Shown: positions 9,988 through 19,350, counted from the first letter of the stretch. The stretch: DNA of 64,000 bases from an uncultured Gammaproteobacteria bacterium (GCA_965369325.1 CBDUQI010000005.1:2267-66266); one strand, 5' to 3'. Made by a program: numbers and translations. Notes: generated by a model from the sequence alone, not told the origin.

Positions 9988-10731
9988 TCAGAACTGAACC
10001 ATCGCGCCGCCGTCCACCTTAAAGCCACAGCCGGTGACAAAACGCGCGTCTTCGGATAACAAAAACATCGCGGCGCTCGCCACCTCGTCCGCCTCACCCA
10101 AGCGTCCAAGCGGTGCTTTGGACTCCCAGTACGCTTTAAAGTCTGGATCGTCCATAAACGGTTCGGACATCTTGGTCCAGATGGCACCCGGCTGAAGGTA
10201 GTTGACCGTGATCCCGTACTTACCAAGATCCACCGCCATACCTTTTGAGAGGCCGGCGACTGCATGCTTGGACGCGCCATAGATCGCCAGATTGGGCCCG
10301 CCCATTTCTGACATGATCGACCCGAGGTTGACGATGCGTGGATATTTGGCCCGCTTGAGCAGCGGCACGGCTTCACGCGAGAGTCGAAACATGGCACGTA
10401 GATTCACCGCCATGATGTGATCAAACTGCTCGTCGGTTAATGCCTCGAACGGCCCCGCGATGGCAATCCCTGCGTTGTTGACCAGAAAATCCACGCCACC
10501 GAACCCTTCGAGTGCGGCAGCGATAATCCCCTCAGGCGCTTCATCTTGTGTGACATCCAGCGCCAGAGGTACAACGCGTGAGTTGCCGGCAAACTCCTTA
10601 TCCAGATCGTCAGTGCTTAAATCGACCGCCACAAGATTTGCGTTACTGTTGAGCAGTCGGCGCGAGATCGCACGGCCAATCCCATTGGCCGCGCCGGTCA
10701 CAATTGCCGTTTTGCCCGCTAAGTCAGCCAT
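9988..10731 (-). CDS. short-chain dehydrogenase/reductase
   Basis: 247 aa with TAIVTGAANGIGRAI, NNAG and YGASKHAV. Confidence 0.9.
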   Translation of the reverse strand: MADLAGKTAIVTGAANGIGRAISRRLLNSNANLVAVDLSTDDLDKEFAGNSRVVPLALDVTQDEAPEGIIAAALEGFGGVDFLVNNAGIAIAGPFEALTDEQFDHIMAVNLRAMFRLSREAVPLLKRAKYPRIVNLGSIMSEMGGPNLAIYGASKHAVAGLSKGMAVDLGKYGITVNYLQPGAIWTKMSEPFMDDPDFKAYWESKAPLGRLGEADEVASAAMFLLSEDARFVTGCGFKVDGGAMVQF

Positions 10732-10753
10732 TAACTAACCGACGCTCCGTACG

Positions 10754-13162
10754 CTAGTCGGAAAACTTGTAACCCACTTCCACACCATACGCGCGCGGCG
10801 GGCCGTAGTTTGAAAACGTCCATAACGCCCCCACCGCCTGCGATGCCGTTTTATAGCGATCATCGCTGAGGTTCTTGCCGAACAGCGACGCAAAGAACCG
10901 CTCTTCCGGCGACGTCCAGGTCACGCTGGCATTGAATATGGTGCGTTTCTCCAGCACGGTGTCAAATGCAGAGCCAATGTCATCGTTGTAGTAGTAGGTA
11001 TTTTCGTCTTCATAGTTAAAATTGGCATTCAGCCGCAGGTTACTGCCGGATGACAGATCACGCAGGTAAGTGAGATCGATACCTGCGGTGACGTCGGGTG
11101 AACGCACCACGTCGCGGCCCGAGAAATCTTCCAGCGTTCCGTCAAGATTTCGATCCAGCAGAAACTCTTTGTACTCTGCGTCGAGCAAACCGACATTAGC
11201 GCGCAATGTCAGCCCGTCCGTCAGCAAGGCGGAGAATTCCAGCTCCAGACCCTGCGCATCCACTTCTGCGGCGTTAAACGTGCGCGTTTCCTGGAAGGCG
11301 GTGCCGGGAACGGACACGACCGTACTACGCTGGAAATCTTCGTAGTTCACATTGAAAACAGTCGCGTTCAGGCGCACACGATCGTCCAGAAAGCTCTTTT
11401 TGATGCCGACTTCGACATTGGTTGCGAACTCGGGTTCGTAGGACTGCAACGGAAAGTTGGCGAAGCCACCAGAACCGGCCTGATCGTTATAACCACCGCT
11501 TTTGAATCCACGCGATACGGTCAGATAGCCAAACGTGTCTTCGCTGAACTTATACGACCCCGTCAGGCGCCAGGTGGGCTCGGTCCATGATTGCGAATCA
11601 CGCTGCACGGAGCCCGCGGCTAACGAGTAGTCCTGCCCGTCAAGAGGCTCATTAATACTGCCAAGCCCACCCGGGAAAATCACATTAAGAGGCAGGCCTT
11701 CGCGTGCAGTGTAGTCCTTCTCCTCATCGGTCACGCGTGCGCCGATGCCAATCTGGAACTTGTCGTTAACATCCCAGGTTCCATCGACAAAGAACGCCAG
11801 TGATGTCGCATCCTGGCGGTTACACAGCAGCAGAGGATTGTCGTTGTCTAACACGCCAGGCACGGCGGAGCCGAAGAACTCCACAAGACCCAGTTGCTGC
11901 AACACGCAGAAGTCAACGTCATTGGTTTGATAGAACGCGCCAGCCACGTAGTTAAACGCCCCTGGCCGATCGGAGGCGATCCGCGCTTCCAGCTGAAACG
12001 TCTCGCGATCATCGTCGCGCGTTGCGCTAAAGAAGCTCTCGTACGGCGTGCCCAGATACTCGTTAGGCAGGCGCGACTCCTGGCTTCGACTGCCAGCATG
12101 CACGTAGAAAGTGTGATTGTTCAGGTCGTGCTCCAAGTTCAGATAAGCACCAAACACGTCCACTTCCTGCGAATCGTTCAAACCCACAATAGAGCTGTTG
12201 TGAATACCGGCCTGATCCAGAGGATCGACGCCCTCGCCCACCCCCGGAAAACCAAACAGCGTTGCCAGTTGCCCGGCCGCTTCCGGCGTATCGTTAATCA
12301 CGGGCACCGGATCGCTGCGATCCTTTATCGTTTCAAGCTGCGCGAAAATCCGTGTTTTATCCGTTAAGTGCCACGTGAGCTTCGCTCGCGCGGCCAACAC
12401 ATCTTTGCCGCCCAGGTCCCGACCATCGCCCGCGACGGTGGTGCCGTCTGCGGCTGCGGCGTCACCCAACGCAGCGCCAAACGCATCGGTCGGCGTGTCT
12501 ACTTTGCCGTTTTTATAGTAGCCGTCGCTTTTCTGATACATCGCTGCAACACGTATCGCTGCATCTTCGGACACCGGCAGATTCACTCCCAGCGTGGCTT
12601 TGCTGCTGCCGAAACTTCCTGCCTGTAGACCGATATCAACGGACGTCTCGTCCAACTTAGCTTGTTTGGTACGCACCACGACCGCGCCGGCTGTCGTGTT
12701 TTTACCGAACAGTGTACCTTGCGGCCCACGCAGCACTTCGACCGCTTCGATGTCGTAAGGCTCTAACAATTGGGTTTGCACGTGAGGGAACACAAAGTCA
12801 TCGACGATAACCCCGACTTTGGGATCGAAGTAAACGATAATGTCAGTCTCAGCGGCACCGCGCATCGCGAACGAGGCAGCGTTAAATCCGGTGACCGTCG
12901 CAGCCGAGAAGTTGGGGACGAACAAGGCGATTTCGCCAATGTCCTGAGCAAACAGCTTTTCGAATTCCCCCCCATCGACCGCCGACACGGACACTGGGGT
13001 TTCCTGCAAATTGGTCTCGGCTCGACGAGTTGCGGTGACGATCACCTCTTCCAGCACCTGCGCCGACACCGTGGAACTGATCATTCCGCCTATGGCAAGA
13101 CCTATGGGCACCATCGCGGTGGCTCGTGATGGCGAAATGGACTGAATCCACTCTTTTAACAT
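10754..13162 (-). CDS. TonB-dependent outer-membrane receptor
   Basis: 802 aa. It has a signal peptide, a plug region (LEEVIVTATRRAETNLQETPVSVSAV) and a long beta-barrel-like repeat composition ending ...YGVEVGYKFSD. Confidence 0.9.
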   Translation of the reverse strand: MLKEWIQSISPSRATAMVPIGLAIGGMISSTVSAQVLEEVIVTATRRAETNLQETPVSVSAVDGGEFEKLFAQDIGEIALFVPNFSAATVTGFNAASFAMRGAAETDIIVYFDPKVGVIVDDFVFPHVQTQLLEPYDIEAVEVLRGPQGTLFGKNTTAGAVVVRTKQAKLDETSVDIGLQAGSFGSSKATLGVNLPVSEDAAIRVAAMYQKSDGYYKNGKVDTPTDAFGAALGDAAAADGTTVAGDGRDLGGKDVLAARAKLTWHLTDKTRIFAQLETIKDRSDPVPVINDTPEAAGQLATLFGFPGVGEGVDPLDQAGIHNSSIVGLNDSQEVDVFGAYLNLEHDLNNHTFYVHAGSRSQESRLPNEYLGTPYESFFSATRDDDRETFQLEARIASDRPGAFNYVAGAFYQTNDVDFCVLQQLGLVEFFGSAVPGVLDNDNPLLLCNRQDATSLAFFVDGTWDVNDKFQIGIGARVTDEEKDYTAREGLPLNVIFPGGLGSINEPLDGQDYSLAAGSVQRDSQSWTEPTWRLTGSYKFSEDTFGYLTVSRGFKSGGYNDQAGSGGFANFPLQSYEPEFATNVEVGIKKSFLDDRVRLNATVFNVNYEDFQRSTVVSVPGTAFQETRTFNAAEVDAQGLELEFSALLTDGLTLRANVGLLDAEYKEFLLDRNLDGTLEDFSGRDVVRSPDVTAGIDLTYLRDLSSGSNLRLNANFNYEDENTYYYNDDIGSAFDTVLEKRTIFNASVTWTSPEERFFASLFGKNLSDDRYKTASQAVGALWTFSNYGPPRAYGVEVGYKFSD

Positions 13163-13219
13163 TGCTTCCCCCTGACTGAACGATTCACCGACTTATATGG
13201 ATGCTCTGGCATTTACAAT

Positions 13220-13242
13220 AAAAAGTCAAACATGATTGTTTT
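13220..13242. promoter_or_regulatory. degenerate third copy of the operator half-sites (AAAAAGTC-N6-GATTGTTTT)
   Basis: Read directly upstream of the TonB-dependent receptor. The half-sites resemble those at 6082 and 7524, but the spacer is 4 nt longer. Confidence 0.3.
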
Positions 13243-13309
13243 TTTTACCACCTCTATCGGGTTGAGTTCGCCAGGATTATTGTGCGGTCGCAACATGGCA
13301 ACAGCCAAT

Positions 13310-13894
13310 TTACTGCGCTTTGAACTGGCACCAGGGCTCCTGGTCCACCAAATCCAGAACAAACGACAGCTTCGCCAACCCCCCAATCACCGCTGCAACC
13401 AGGCCTATTTCGCAAATCTGTGCGTCCGTGAAATGGCTTTGTAGTCTCAGCAAGAGTGCGTTGTCCACCTGTTGCTGTTGATTTTCGATCGCCAGCAGCT
13501 CGGTGTACTGGAGTAGGGCCTGCTCAGCATCCGAGAACAGTGCGGAGTCACAACGATCCAAAGCATCAATTTGCGCGCGACTAATACCCGTCTCCAGTGC
13601 AGCCGGCACATTTTGCAGGTTGCAGGTAAGGCACCCATGCATCATCGATAGCTTCAGTCGCACCAGCTGCTTGTAACGAGCCTCGACCGTACCCGCAAAA
13701 AAGATGTTGGCGTAAAATTTGTCCATCACAAAGTCCAGCAACACTGGCGAACTAGCGAACACTTCAACAAACTTCGCATTGCCCGTCAGTGTCTGCAGGG
13801 TTTGCCAGGCCGCACGAATTTCAGCGGGCATTTGCTCGGGTAATACGGCAGAAAGTGTTGCACGTGTCACGGACAATCTCCTTGTTGGGCTCAT
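13310..13894 (-). CDS. carboxymuconolactone decarboxylase (AhpD-like) family protein
   Basis: 194-aa all-helical-looking protein with MHGCLTCNLQN and ...FTDAQICEIGLVAAV..., typical of CMD-family proteins. Confidence 0.6.
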   Translation of the reverse strand: MSPTRRLSVTRATLSAVLPEQMPAEIRAAWQTLQTLTGNAKFVEVFASSPVLLDFVMDKFYANIFFAGTVEARYKQLVRLKLSMMHGCLTCNLQNVPAALETGISRAQIDALDRCDSALFSDAEQALLQYTELLAIENQQQQVDNALLLRLQSHFTDAQICEIGLVAAVIGGLAKLSFVLDLVDQEPWCQFKAQ

Positions 13895-13969
13895 CCACTA
13901 CTTGCAGTTCACCTGCAAGCTCGGCTAAATACTATAGCGCGTAACCCGCACGCGCTTTGAAGTAAGACA

Positions 13970-15946
13970 GTGGATGTAATGATGCCAGCCGACCAATTTT
14001 TGACCACCCGCCAACGCCTCTATCTGTGCCTGACGGCCGCGTCAACGCTTCTATTTGCCTGCGACTCAGGCCGTACTCCTTCAACCGGTGAGCCAACAAC
14101 GCTTGCCGAGCATTCGCCACCTGCCTCATCTGAACTCCAGAACCCTGACCTGCAACAGCAGTTGCAAGGCTCATCAGGTGGCACCGCCATACACCCCGGC
14201 GCCAAACTTTATGAGAGTCATTGCGCCAGTTGCCACAATACCGGCCTGGCACGGGCGCCTGCTTTGAATATTATGCAATTGTTGTCGCCGGAAGCTATGC
14301 ACAGCGCGCTTGAGAGCGGCGTTATGAAACAACAGGCGGCTGCTCTGACTGCTGAGCAACGCACCGAAGTCGTGGAGTTTTTAGTCGGAAAACCCGACCT
14401 TACACCGCTCAAACTTGACCACTGCGAGCACCAGGCGAATTGGTTTGACTACGCAAAACCGCCCACGGCCAAAGGCTGGGGAGTAGACGCGAACAACTCG
14501 CGACACGTACCGGCCGCGCACGGACAAGTTGGCGCAAATGATCTGGGCGCGCTTAAAATCAAGTGGGTTTTTGAGTACCCGCGCGCCACCCGTGCACGCT
14601 CGCACCCCTCTTTCGCTGGCGGCGCGGTATTTGTTGGCAGCCAGAACGGCTATGTTTATGCGCTGGATCAAACTTCCGGCTGCGTGCGCTGGGCGTACCC
14701 CGCCGGCGCCGAAGTGCGCACTGGAATTACCATTAAGGACTGGATGCAGTCCGCCAACGGTGCACCCATCGGCTATTTCGCCGACGTGCTTGCGCGAGTG
14801 CATGCCGTCAATCTGACCACCGGAGAGCCAGTCTGGCGGGCCCTCGCCGACGAACACCCCAACGCGACCACCACCGCGCAGCCTGTGCTGTTCGAAGACC
14901 ATGTTATCCAACCGGTTTCCTCGCTCGAAGTGGTGCCGGCGGCTGATCCGACGTACCCGTGTTGCACCTTTCGCGGCTCGCTCGTCACCCTCAACGCCAA
15001 CACTGGCGAAGAAATTCGTCGCACCTACACCATTGCGCAAGCACCCGTGGAAGTCGCCAAGAACAACGTAGGCACGGCGATCCTGGCGCCCTCCGGCGCC
15101 CCCGTATGGAACACCCCCACCATCGATACCAAACTTAGACGGATGTATTTCGGCACTGGTGAAAACTACTCCTCGCCAGCCGAATCACACAGCGACGCGA
15201 TCATCGCCGTGAGCCTGGATACGGGTAAGGTGCAATGGGTACGCCAAACCACAGAAGGGGACGCCTGGAATCTGGCGTGTATGCCGTTTATCCACAATCA
15301 GACCAACTGCCCGAAAGAACGCGGTCCCGATGTTGATTTTGGGGCACCCCCAATACTGATAGAGCAGGCGGGTCAGCGCATATTGGTAGCGGGGCAGAAA
15401 TCCGGCGATGTTTATGGCATTGATCCCAATGATGGAGCGCTGATTTGGCAGGAAAAAATTGGGCGTGGCGGCAATCAGGGCGGCATGCATTTTGGCATGG
15501 CGGCCATCGGCGATACGGTGTTTGTGCCCATCGCCGATTACACGGACGAGTCGCTTTCTGCTGCTGATGCGCGCCCTGGAGTTTACGCGGTTAATGCCTT
15601 TACCGGCAAACGACTTTGGTCACACCCTGCACCGGATAAGTGTGGTGATAGGGTCGATTGCGACCCCGGGATTTCCGCTGCGATTTCAGCCATCGACGGC
15701 GCTGTACTAGCGGGCCATATGGATGGTTTTCTGCGCGCGTATGACACCCGCAACGGTGAGCTGTTGTGGGAGTTTGACGCCACGCAAAAATTCACCACTA
15801 CCACAGGGACGCAAGCATCTGGTGGCTCGTTTGGTGGCGCCACCGCACCCGTGGCACACGATGGGATGTTATTTCTGAATTCCGGCTATGGGATCTATTT
15901 CCATATGCCCGGAAACGTGCTGATTGCCTTTGAGAAGGTGCAATGA
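13970..15946 (+). CDS. quinohemoprotein-type dehydrogenase: N-terminal cytochrome c domain plus PQQ-like beta-propeller (polyvinyl-alcohol-dehydrogenase-like), probable lipoprotein
   Basis: 658 aa. It has a lipobox-like LLFAC, the heme c motif CASCH, and then repeated propeller motifs (GYVYALD, GDVYGID, PGVYAVN, GFLRAYD). Confidence 0.7.
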   Translation: MDVMMPADQFLTTRQRLYLCLTAASTLLFACDSGRTPSTGEPTTLAEHSPPASSELQNPDLQQQLQGSSGGTAIHPGAKLYESHCASCHNTGLARAPALNIMQLLSPEAMHSALESGVMKQQAAALTAEQRTEVVEFLVGKPDLTPLKLDHCEHQANWFDYAKPPTAKGWGVDANNSRHVPAAHGQVGANDLGALKIKWVFEYPRATRARSHPSFAGGAVFVGSQNGYVYALDQTSGCVRWAYPAGAEVRTGITIKDWMQSANGAPIGYFADVLARVHAVNLTTGEPVWRALADEHPNATTTAQPVLFEDHVIQPVSSLEVVPAADPTYPCCTFRGSLVTLNANTGEEIRRTYTIAQAPVEVAKNNVGTAILAPSGAPVWNTPTIDTKLRRMYFGTGENYSSPAESHSDAIIAVSLDTGKVQWVRQTTEGDAWNLACMPFIHNQTNCPKERGPDVDFGAPPILIEQAGQRILVAGQKSGDVYGIDPNDGALIWQEKIGRGGNQGGMHFGMAAIGDTVFVPIADYTDESLSAADARPGVYAVNAFTGKRLWSHPAPDKCGDRVDCDPGISAAISAIDGAVLAGHMDGFLRAYDTRNGELLWEFDATQKFTTTTGTQASGGSFGGATAPVAHDGMLFLNSGYGIYFHMPGNVLIAFEKVQ

Positions 15947-16008
15947 GGCGCTCTAAGCCGTGCCGGTTTAAGCGCGACACTCAGTTGACCTGCCAGGGCG
16001 GCGAGCCG

Positions 16009-16650
16009 TCAACTGGGTAGCAACTCGCGGATCTGCTTTTCAAGGTAGCCTAATAACATTTTTTCATTGTGAGCCCGCGGATGCATCAAATGGCTCATCG
16101 CAATCCCTTCAATCAGAGTCTGACTTAGTGACAACGCAAGATCAAACGCTTGGCTGTCTTTTTGCCACTCAGGAAATGCCTCTTCCGCTGTCGCGTACCA
16201 GGCCTCATCGAAACGGGTTTGCGCGGGTTGCAAAATTTTACGCAACTCCGGATCGTTGCGTGCGGCCACAGAGAGTTCGAAAAATGCAACAAATAAAGGG
16301 TGATTGGCGTGTTCCCAGTAAGCTGTTACCGCTAACTTTACTCGATCTTTTTTCTTCGGCAACGTCCGTGATGACCGGCGAAAAGCGCGAATACGTTTTT
16401 CAAAAAGATACTCGACAGTGGCAGTGATAATGTCCGTTTTCGATGGGAAATGATGCATAGTCGCACCACGCGAAAGCCCGGCCTGCTTGGCAATCATCAT
16501 CGTGGTGGTTTTAGCGTAGCCAATATTGATGATGCAATAAACTGCCGCGTCGAGAATCTGTTGGCGGGTGCCAGAACTCTTGTGAGCCTGCCACCCTTGC
16601 TGCCCCGGTCCTGTCGGATTGCTGGCTGTTTGCTTTTTTACTTTGGTCAT
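16009..16650 (-). CDS. TetR/AcrR family transcriptional regulator
   Basis: 213 aa with an N-terminal HTH (ILDAAVYCIINIGYAKTTTMMIAKQAGLSRGATMHHFPSK). Confidence 0.85.
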   Translation of the reverse strand: MTKVKKQTASNPTGPGQQGWQAHKSSGTRQQILDAAVYCIINIGYAKTTTMMIAKQAGLSRGATMHHFPSKTDIITATVEYLFEKRIRAFRRSSRTLPKKKDRVKLAVTAYWEHANHPLFVAFFELSVAARNDPELRKILQPAQTRFDEAWYATAEEAFPEWQKDSQAFDLALSLSQTLIEGIAMSHLMHPRAHNEKMLLGYLEKQIRELLPS

Positions 16651-16803
16651 AGTGAGAATTTTAGATTTAGGGTTGAGCGCTTTTACAACCGCTCAGCGTA
16701 ATCCCGGTCGATTCGACGCAGGCAAGCTGATAATGTCAACGAATCGATTTAAGCCTAGCATGATTCGCCATGCTATTTCCGCAAAGATTGAGAGGCATGA
16801 ATA

Positions 16804-17562
16804 ATGAGCAATCGAGTTTCTGGAAAAGTCGCACTGATAACCGGAGCGGCTTCTGGTCTTGGGCGAGCCGATGCGCTAGCGCTGGCACAAGAAGGGGCGA
16901 GCGTCATCCTTACCGACGTCAACAACGAAGGGCAGGCAGTGGCAGATGAGATTGCGAAACAAACTGGCGCCACGACCCATTTTTTCCACCAAGATGTGGC
17001 GGATGAGAAACGCTGGGATGAAATCATAGGTGACATCGAATCACGGTTTGGCGCACTGCATGTCTTGGTCAACAATGCAGGCATCGTTATCTGTGCGACG
17101 CCCGAGACCACCACGCTAGAGCAATTTCGCCTCGCCAACGCGGTCATGAGCGAGAGCGTTTTTCTTGGATGTCGAGCGGCGATACCGTTGATGAAAAAAT
17201 CCGGCGGCGGCTCAATTATCAATATGTCGTCGATTGCTTCACACAAGGGTTACCCGGTGTTTTTTGCGTACACGGCAGCGAAGGGGGCGGTGCGCGCCAT
17301 GACCAAGTCCATCGCGATACACTGCCAGATGAACGGCTATAACATACGTTGCAACTCGGTGCACCCAAGCTCAATCGACACACCGATGATTGCCCAGGCC
17401 AACAAGGAACTTGGAATCGCGCCGCCAGAACCAGGTGCCGACCCGGTTGGTGTAGGGGTGCCGGAGGATGTCGCCAGCTTGATCGTTTATCTTGCCAGCG
17501 ACGAATCGCGGTTTGTGAACGGTGCGGAGCTCATGTTGGATAACGCATTGTCTATCCAATAG
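16804..17562 (+). CDS. short-chain dehydrogenase/reductase
   Basis: 252 aa with KVALITGAASGLGRA, NNAG and YTAAKGAV. Confidence 0.9.
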   Translation: MSNRVSGKVALITGAASGLGRADALALAQEGASVILTDVNNEGQAVADEIAKQTGATTHFFHQDVADEKRWDEIIGDIESRFGALHVLVNNAGIVICATPETTTLEQFRLANAVMSESVFLGCRAAIPLMKKSGGGSIINMSSIASHKGYPVFFAYTAAKGAVRAMTKSIAIHCQMNGYNIRCNSVHPSSIDTPMIAQANKELGIAPPEPGADPVGVGVPEDVASLIVYLASDESRFVNGAELMLDNALSIQ

Positions 17563-17649
17563 TCGGCGACAAGTTCAAGGTTGCAAGCGAGGTTGGCGAG
17601 GTGTTCACGCGCAATTGGGTAGTTTACGCAATTAATTGTGCCATCGGTC

Positions 17650-18837
17650 TCAGGCGATGACTTTGCGACTTCGCAAATGGTCAATTTCTTGTTGGCTAAA
17701 ACCAAGCTCACTGAGCACTGAACTCGTGTCGGCCCCCGGCGCCGGTGGCGCCGCACGAATGCCCGTCTCGCTATGCGATAACGACACTGGCAGCCCAGCC
17801 ACGGGAGCCGGCAGATCAATGCCGGACACTTCGACGGACTGCAGCACACCCGTTGCGACGGTTTGCGGATGATCGAGCGCTTGTTGAGGGCTGAGCACCG
17901 GCCCAGCAGGAATACCGGCATCGGCAAGTGTTGCTAGCGCCTCATCGGTGGTGCGCACTTGGCACCAGTGAGCCATCGGCGCACAGACAACGTCTCTGTG
18001 TTCTCCACGCAGACGGTCGTTAGCAAAACGTGAGTCAGTGATCCAATGGCCTCGCTCTAGTAGTATCGCCCATCGTTTAAAGACCGCATCCCCCGGGCAG
18101 TGCACCAGCACATGACCATCTTTTGTTTCGAACACATCCGATGGCGCTGAGGTTTGTACGCGGTTGCCGGTACCTATGCGATTGGGCTGGCTAACGCCCT
18201 GCTCAATCAGATGCGAATTGAACACCGCTAACGCTGTTGCCAGCAACGAACCGGATACCATCTGCCCACACCCGGATTGATCGCGCTCACGTAACGCGGC
18301 CATCACACCGAACGCGCTGAGCACCGCCGTTGAATAATCCACATACGGAGCAGCCGCTTTCGCCGGCGCCCCAGGCACACCGGTCATGTACATTGCGCCG
18401 GACATCGCTTGGCCGATACCGTCGAACCCCCCTCGATTGGCCAATGGGCCGTGCTCTCCATAGGCGGAAACGTTGCTCAGAATAATGTCAGGTTTTAGCT
18501 TTTGCAGGCTTGCTAAATCCAACTCAAACCGCTTGAGCTGTGACGGGGGAAAGTTTGTCACCACCACATCCGCAGAGGCAACTAGTCTGGCTCTCACCTG
18601 TTGGCTTTGAGGGTCCGCAAGATTGAGACACACGCTTTTCTTGTTACAGCCCGTTTGCAGGAACACCGCCCCGATTTCGTCTCCATGAACGGGCGCGATT
18701 CGACGGTCTTCCCCACCCCCGGGCCGCTCAACGCGAATCACCTCGGCTCCCAAATAACCAAGTAACGTGGCGCAATACGGCGCGGCAACGTAACGCCCGA
18801 AATCGACCACGCGAATTCCCGCGAGCACTCCTGACAT
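17650..18837 (-). CDS. family III CoA-transferase (CaiB/BaiF type)
   Basis: 395 aa. GIRVVDFGRYVAAPYCATLLGYLGAEVIRVERPGGGEDRR is the characteristic N-terminal motif. Confidence 0.9.
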   Translation of the reverse strand: MSGVLAGIRVVDFGRYVAAPYCATLLGYLGAEVIRVERPGGGEDRRIAPVHGDEIGAVFLQTGCNKKSVCLNLADPQSQQVRARLVASADVVVTNFPPSQLKRFELDLASLQKLKPDIILSNVSAYGEHGPLANRGGFDGIGQAMSGAMYMTGVPGAPAKAAAPYVDYSTAVLSAFGVMAALRERDQSGCGQMVSGSLLATALAVFNSHLIEQGVSQPNRIGTGNRVQTSAPSDVFETKDGHVLVHCPGDAVFKRWAILLERGHWITDSRFANDRLRGEHRDVVCAPMAHWCQVRTTDEALATLADAGIPAGPVLSPQQALDHPQTVATGVLQSVEVSGIDLPAPVAGLPVSLSHSETGIRAAPPAPGADTSSVLSELGFSQQEIDHLRSRKVIA

Positions 18838-19114
18838 GGATTAACCTCGATTAGACTAGGTAGGGGATAAGTGCGGAGAAAGCATCACCACAACGAGAGG
18901 CAACCTTAATCAAAATTGGCACCGCCCTCAATCCTTTCATGTCCGCCTATCTCAGCATCTAGTTACCAGGTGTGCAATGGCTACCGAGCCTGAGCCGCTC
19001 AAGGTTCGCATCCTCAAGGTACCAAATATTTCTGACCGCGCACCGGGTGCGTTAGTAGTGAATGGTGCTCTGCCGCCGGGCGGCGGTCAGCCAACAGCGG
19101 CCACAAACACTTCG

Positions 19115-19350
19115 TTACAACCACCCCTTCCAACGCATAACAGCGATCAGGCCAACCCCCAAACACACCCATGCCGATAACCAACTGAATGAACGCTGCC
19201 GGGTTCTCGGTTCCAGGCAGGGCCACGACATTCATGCCGAACACGCCAGTTAAGCACGACAGCGGCAAGAATATCGCCGCGACGTACGGGGTGCCGCTGC
19301 GTTGGCGGTATGTTAGGTTGTGCGGTGCGCGATAGGCCCTTAGGTAACAA
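19115..19350 (-). pseudogene. C-terminal remnant of a CorA/ZntB-family metal-ion transporter, frameshifted
   Basis: Minus-strand translation gives ...PYVAAIFLPLSCLTGVFGMNVVALPGTENPAAFIQLVIGMGVFGG (TM1, GMN signature at 19230-19238, loop, TM2). Removing one G from the G5 run (19156-19160) restores ...GVGLIAVMRWKGWL*, a typical CorA tail ending at TAA 19117-19115. No N-terminal domain is present upstream. Confidence 0.6.

Noticed and set aside
13163-13309. A possible cobalamin or other riboswitch upstream of the TonB-dependent receptor.
   Set aside because: No B12-box-like element or extended conserved-looking structure is visible. The region is simply AT-rich with operator-like half-sites.
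16651-16803. Short palindromes (TGAGCG-N10-CGCTCA, GTCGATTCGAC, AATCGATT) between the TetR gene and the divergent SDR, considered as TetR operators.
   Set aside because: They are short and unrelated to one another, and they are not repeated elsewhere in the window. That is too weak to call without binding or conservation data.
18977-19350. Small ORFs at 18977-19180 (+), 19062-19253 (+) and 19147-19350 (-) as possible real genes.
   Set aside because: They are better explained as alternative frames across the decayed CorA-family remnant, and none has coding-like composition.
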